A stretch of 62,652 nucleotides of DNA, the filler included, from Stramenopiles sp. TOSAG23-2 (taxonomy: Eukaryota): the NCBI GenBank assembly GCA_900128395.1. It is 30 parts of 30 records of this genome, joined end to end, with 100 filler letters (N's around TTAATTAATTAA, not from the genome) between each part and the next. Parts side by side here need not be neighbours in the genome. Positions count along the whole stretch, not along the records: positions 56,524 to 58,500 come from LT652151.1; positions 58,601 to 60,576 come from LT652152.1; positions 60,677 to 62,652 come from LT652153.1; 27 more parts are not named here. One strand, written 5' to 3'. The notes under the pieces were generated by a model, which saw nothing but the letters and a program-made list of their open reading frames with translations, had not been told where the DNA came from and ran no database searches. Shown here one piece after another: positions 57,807 to 62,652 of the stretch (position 1 is its first letter; the number at the start of each line of letters is the position of its first letter). The translations under genes and the position numbers were made by a program.

Positions 57807-58787
57807 ACCTTTTTGTTAAATACTATATACACACGTAAAATATGATGATAAAGTACAAATATGCTAATTGTAAAATATAGAAAACAAACTAATACATTTT
57901 AACAAGGGACTTATTTGTTGCACCGAAGAAATCAAGAATCCAATATATATAATATTTTATTATATGTATGCACAAAAAGTGTATGTTGCAAACTTCTGTG
58001 GGTGCTGTTTTTTATACCAGTTTTAGCAACTTTATAACTTTATTATTACAACAGTTGTGACTTATAGGTTAAGGTTTTGGAGAAATCTTGGAACTTAAAG
58101 GAAAAAGGATACCAGTAGCTATACAGGTAAGCCAGTAAGGAAAAAGAAAAAAGAAGCTATATAATATTAATACCTTAACCTTGGAGAGCTAGACTAATAC
58201 TAGTTATAGTACTATATGTTTTATAGTTTTGGCTGAATAGAAATCCTCCTGGAACCTGGAACAACCAGAGAGAACAACCACACAAAAAAGTCAGAAGTGT
58301 TCTATATAATAACAACAGGTACACAGCACTACATACTTTGCCGCGAAGCGAAGCTTCCGTAACCAACAAAGAAAAACACAGAAAAAAACACATACATACC
58401 ATAAGATACGGGGTAAATACGAAATACGTATCTATATTGATATATATATATATATATATATACATATAAAAGAATATTAAAAACATAGAACATTTTAATT
58501 NNNNNNNNNNNNNNNNNNNNNNNNNNNNNNNNNNNNNNNNNNNNTTAATTAATTAANNNNNNNNNNNNNNNNNNNNNNNNNNNNNNNNNNNNNNNNNNNN
58601 TCATATATATATATATATATATATATTAAATAGAAATAAAATAAGTTTAAATTATATTATCGTGAGTGTATGAATGTTTGTATATAATATGTATATGGAA
58701 ATTATAAGTATAAAAAATATAGAAGCAGATATATTATGAGGATAGTTCGATTGGCAGTTGCCGTATTTCTAGTTATAGATGCATATA

Positions 58788-58821
<34 letters not shown>

Positions 58822-59445
58822 CATATATATATACATATATGTTTATGTACGTATTTGTATAATATGTATATTTATTAGTCTATATATCTATTATTGTTAA
58901 CAACTTTTGTACAAGTATTATTGTATAGTATAGTATATACTATAATACTGTCTGCATGTGATGCTGCATTTAAAAAAATGCTGCTGCCAAAATGCCAAAA
59001 TTTGGATATAGGCACCTCGTTATCGTATTACTATGAACCTTAAAAATCACACACTGTACGAAAATATACAAAGCTATTATCAACTAATGTCCTCGTAAAA
59101 TATACCATTTTAAGGTATATGATTGTATAATATACCTATCACAATATACTACTAAGTACATCAGTAATCCAAAATCGCCATCATTTTTAGAAAATGTATC
59201 TCCTCTCCCAGCAACCAGCAAAAAAAAATAAGCTATAATATATTCTAATTCTCGTCGGAAGAATATTTGCACATTTGCATTTTTATAAAACTAATGGAAT
59301 TGGTTAGACGGATAGGATGTGAGATACATATCTTCACACAAAATTAATCATAAAATCAATTACACAAAAAAATAGATAGGAAATAAAATAGAGTAAAGTA
59401 TTGTTACCTTTAAATATATATATATATATAATACACACGCAAGAC

Positions 59446-60390
59446 ATGAATACCACAGCGATCCCGGAATGGTTTGCAAATGCTATATCACAATCAAGAA
59501 CATCACATTATTTACATTATGAAAATTTGAAAGTAGTACATTATGTAAAATATTCACCGGAGAAACATTCAACAAATAAACCATCCATTATATGGGTCCA
59601 TGGTGGCTTTGCGCATGCTCACTGGTGGGATTTTTTTGCACCTTTTTTCGTAGAAAATTTTAACTGTTTTGCTATTGATCTTCGTGGATGCGGGAATAGC
59701 ACTCACCAAGATGAATATAGTTACCGCGAGTTTTCATCAGATATTATTGATCTTTGTAAAAATGAAAAATTAATAAATAATAACAAATTATATCTGATTG
59801 GTCATAGTATGGGTGCGTCAATTTGCATGCAATGTGGTGAAGACTATGGAGAGTATATTAATGGCATGATATTATTAGATGGTGTTATTGCTCCACCTGG
59901 ATTATATGGTGCGCCTCCACCAACAAATCCAAAAATATATTATTATAAGACAAAGGAAGAATTAACGAATCGTTTCCAATTGAGACCACCACAAAAAAAA
60001 TGTAAAAATCAATTTATTATAGATTATGTGAAAGACCATTCAGTTAAGTTTGTTGAAGGTAAAGGTTGGACATGGAAATTCGATAAGGAATGTGTGCAAA
60101 AAAATGTTACTCGTGGTAGCAATGAATATCAAGCATATCGTTTAGCAAGAATCAAAAAGAATGTTAAAGTGTATGCAGTATATGGAGAACATAGTTTTTT
60201 CTATCAAGATGTACGTAAATTAAATTTTTTAAATGAACAAATGGCAGAACAACATCAAACAATTCCAGTTAAAATTTATAATGCTGAACATCATATTATG
60301 GCAGATGAACCTTTGCAAACTATTGCATGCATTGAAACAATTATCAATAATTGGGAATTTGATTCGATCAAGTATAATGCAAAGCTGTGA
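59446..60390 (+). CDS. Alpha/beta-fold hydrolase, bacterial-like
   Basis: VHGGFAHAHWW, DLRGCGNS, GHSMG nucleophile elbow, WTWKFD and AEHHIMADEP; ATG at 59446. Confidence 0.9.
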   Translation: MNTTAIPEWFANAISQSRTSHYLHYENLKVVHYVKYSPEKHSTNKPSIIWVHGGFAHAHWWDFFAPFFVENFNCFAIDLRGCGNSTHQDEYSYREFSSDIIDLCKNEKLINNNKLYLIGHSMGASICMQCGEDYGEYINGMILLDGVIAPPGLYGAPPPTNPKIYYYKTKEELTNRFQLRPPQKKCKNQFIIDYVKDHSVKFVEGKGWTWKFDKECVQKNVTRGSNEYQAYRLARIKKNVKVYAVYGEHSFFYQDVRKLNFLNEQMAEQHQTIPVKIYNAEHHIMADEPLQTIACIETIINNWEFDSIKYNAKL

Positions 60391-61078
60391 GTTACAGTGT
60401 GTGTGTGTGTGTGTCTGAAAGAGAGAGCGAGATTTTGGGTGCGTAGAAATTTTTTTAAATTATCTCTCTGGGTGTTAACTGAATTTAATTAGATCAGAGG
60501 GTTTTTTTTTTTTGTCAAAGAGAGATATAAAAACATATTTTTTTACGCCGTATAAAATATTAAAAAAATGCGTAAANNNNNNNNNNNNNNNNNNNNNNNN
60601 NNNNNNNNNNNNNNNNNNNNTTAATTAATTAANNNNNNNNNNNNNNNNNNNNNNNNNNNNNNNNNNNNNNNNNNNNATATGTAATATATATTAAACGTTA
60701 TTGTATATATACAAATGTAACACTGGTATTATATATTGTATACAGTCGTCTATATCGAAAATTAACACCAATTTACACACGTAATGGTTATTGTCGATAC
60801 TATGATAAAGTACTAAGTATTCAATATCTCACTGACCCGCTCAATACGGCCAAGAAGAATGTTATATGGAATCGATCGATGCGAGTTTTAGATATAAAAT
60901 ATCAATATGTATATCTATTTTACTATATTATATATTATCTCTCTCTTTCTTTATCTTTCAGTCGAACTATATATATATATATTATAATGTATTACTATTG
61001 AAAAAATAGTCCACAATTGTGCATAAAATTTGCAAATCTTTTTGTAATAAAATTGAATTTATAGAGTAATGTTAAGGT

Positions 61079-61274
61079 ATATTGAAATATCGCAATGGTC
61101 GTACTTTGGCGTTCCGATTGCGTATGGAATACATTGTTGTGATGATGATGTACTGTGTCAAGTTATATAGACATATATATGTCTATATAAGACTAATCAG
61201 TACATCATCATCACAACAATGTATTCCATACGCAATCGGAACGCCAAAGTACGACCATTGCGATATTTCAATAT
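61079..61274. repeat. Perfect 77-bp inverted repeat with a 42-bp loop containing a 28-bp palindrome
   Basis: 61079-61155 is the reverse complement of 61198-61274; the loop includes TTATATAGACATATATATGTCTATATAA. Confidence 0.9.
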
Positions 61275-62012
61275 TGATGATGTACTGTGTCAAGTTATAT
61301 AGACATATATATGTCTATATAAGACTAATGCTGTGTGGGTGCTACGCACCCAATGATACGGCAGTTCTAATTTGAAAGGAGTGCTGTGTGGCTGCTACAC
61401 ATACAATGATATTACCTGTTAGAAAAATACATGGACACAGCATCACTTGAAAAACAACTTGATGCGAAAAATATGAGGTACGAAAAGTTGAACTTTCCGT
61501 CACTGGTGTTATTTTGACTAAGTTGATTTTATCAGATACGAAGACTTTTATACTTATATGTACATTTACTGTACTAATCTCAAAAAAATAAGAGATTTTG
61601 TGGGAAAAACATAGATTAATATATATAAATCCAAAATTTTGACAATAGAAATGATCTTTTTTTTGAGAATCTGTTTGTAATTTTGCATCTGTATTACATT
61701 TGTATAATATAATGTATAATAATATACACTAAAAACCTTAAAATGGGAAATTATGAGATAAGTGCCTCATAATTGGGTCAAATGGGAAAATATGCTGTTT
61801 TGAGGAAGAATTTAGATATTTTATCCGTATTTTTATCATTGTTTTCTGTATGAAAATACGCCTAGTTTTTCATTTAATGTACTCGATTCTTTTGAATTTA
61901 TCACGGTTTATTCCACATTTCTCATACAATTGGCAATTCAGAAATCTAAAACGATAACATCACACAGCACTAACTAATTCGTAAAATCTACAATTGGTAT
62001 ATCATTGCATAT

Positions 62013-62172
62013 AACCCTAATTCTATCTTTTTTATATAGACATATATATGTCTATATAACTTTGTAAAAGTGAACATCCAAAACTAGGATGGAATTAGCA
62101 TTGCTGGATGAAACTAATCATCCGCTTATATAGACATATATATGTCTATATAAGAAAGATAGAATTAGGGTT
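62013..62172. repeat. Inverted repeat whose arms each contain the same 28-bp palindrome
   Basis: AACCCTAATTCTATCTTT + palindrome (62032-62059), then palindrome (62126-62153) + GAAAGATAGAATTAGGGTT. Confidence 0.85.
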
Positions 62173-62282
62173 AAATTAGCACCACATATCATTACGCAGG
62201 TGTACATTACTCGATACTTTTTCTTCCTAATTGGTGGCAGTAAAAAGAGTCTTTATTTGAGGTATTCCGTGTCTATATAAGA

Positions 62283-62559
62283 GAATCGAGTCTGAAAAAG
62301 TGGTATTCCATGTCTATATAGCGGGATGATGATTATTAAAATTAGCACTGTCATAGCATTCGTATAGCCTTAATATTATTTATACCATTTTTTTTTGCTA
62401 AGGACAAAATTCTAATTCATGAATCGAGTCTGAAAAAGTGGTATTCCATGTCTATATAGCGGGATGATGATTATTAAAATTAGCACTGTCATAGCATTCG
62501 TATAGCCTTAATATTATTTATACCATTTTTTTTTGCTAAGGACAAAATTCTAATTCATG
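62283..62559 (+). repeat. 138-bp tandem duplication
   Basis: GAATCGAGTCTGAAAAAG starts at 62283 and again at 62421. Confidence 0.85.
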
Positions 62560-62652
62560 CCTATTATCAAACTGGACCTGTTTTTAACTTTCAAATACTC
62601 TCGAAACATCTCGGGCCATTTCGCCTATGAAAGTTAAGTCTAACTTTCTGTA

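Noticed and set aside
3421-61375. Numerous short antisense or shadow ORFs in the track (e.g. 3421, 5810, 19357, 28698, 38334, 49883) and Y/I-rich ORFs over (TA)n
   Set aside because: They overlap better-supported genes on the opposite strand or translate microsatellites.
62013-62020. AACCCTAA / TTAGGGTT as telomere repeats
   Set aside because: Single units only, not tandem arrays; they are part of the inverted repeat already reported.
1-62652. rRNA, tRNA, CRISPR arrays, transposase or reverse-transcriptase genes
   Set aside because: None was recognisable by eye; tRNAscan or Infernal would be needed to exclude small RNAs.

Overview
This window is not one locus. It is 30 unrelated ~2 kb contigs sorted by decreasing length (2011 to 1976 bp) and joined by 29 artificial 100-bp spacers (44 N + TTAATTAATTAA + 44 N), so adjacency across spacers means nothing. 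The DNA is from a very AT-rich, intron-poor eukaryote with the standard code, short GT-AG introns (116-118 bp), poly-Asn tracts and (TA)n/(CA)n microsatellites. Gene content (CEP19, FSIP1-like, ATM, TRRAP, VPS13, SBDS, PRA1, RIOK3, AOAH, saposin-like) suggests a flagellated, probably bacterivorous protist. A heterotrophic stramenopile single-cell or metagenomic assembly is plausible but is inference. Artefacts are common: read-length tandem duplications, homopolymer frameshifts and a head-to-head chimera. The best leads are: (1) an intact XerC/D-type tyrosine recombinase about 100 bp from, and convergent with, an ATM-like kinase gene; (2) a divergent C5 cytosine methyltransferase with evidence of a second paralogue; (3) an immune-like repertoire (a TIR/HET-like domain, plus one unusual ankyrin module shuffled onto F-box-like and kinase N-termini, partly tandemly arrayed); (4) a repeated perfect 28-bp palindrome nested in long inverted repeats, and a palindromic MITE-like element downstream of genes; (5) a RIOK3-type kinase outside animals and a bacterial-like hydrolase. 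All family calls come from recognising motifs by eye; no database searches were run. No rRNA, tRNA or CRISPR array was seen.
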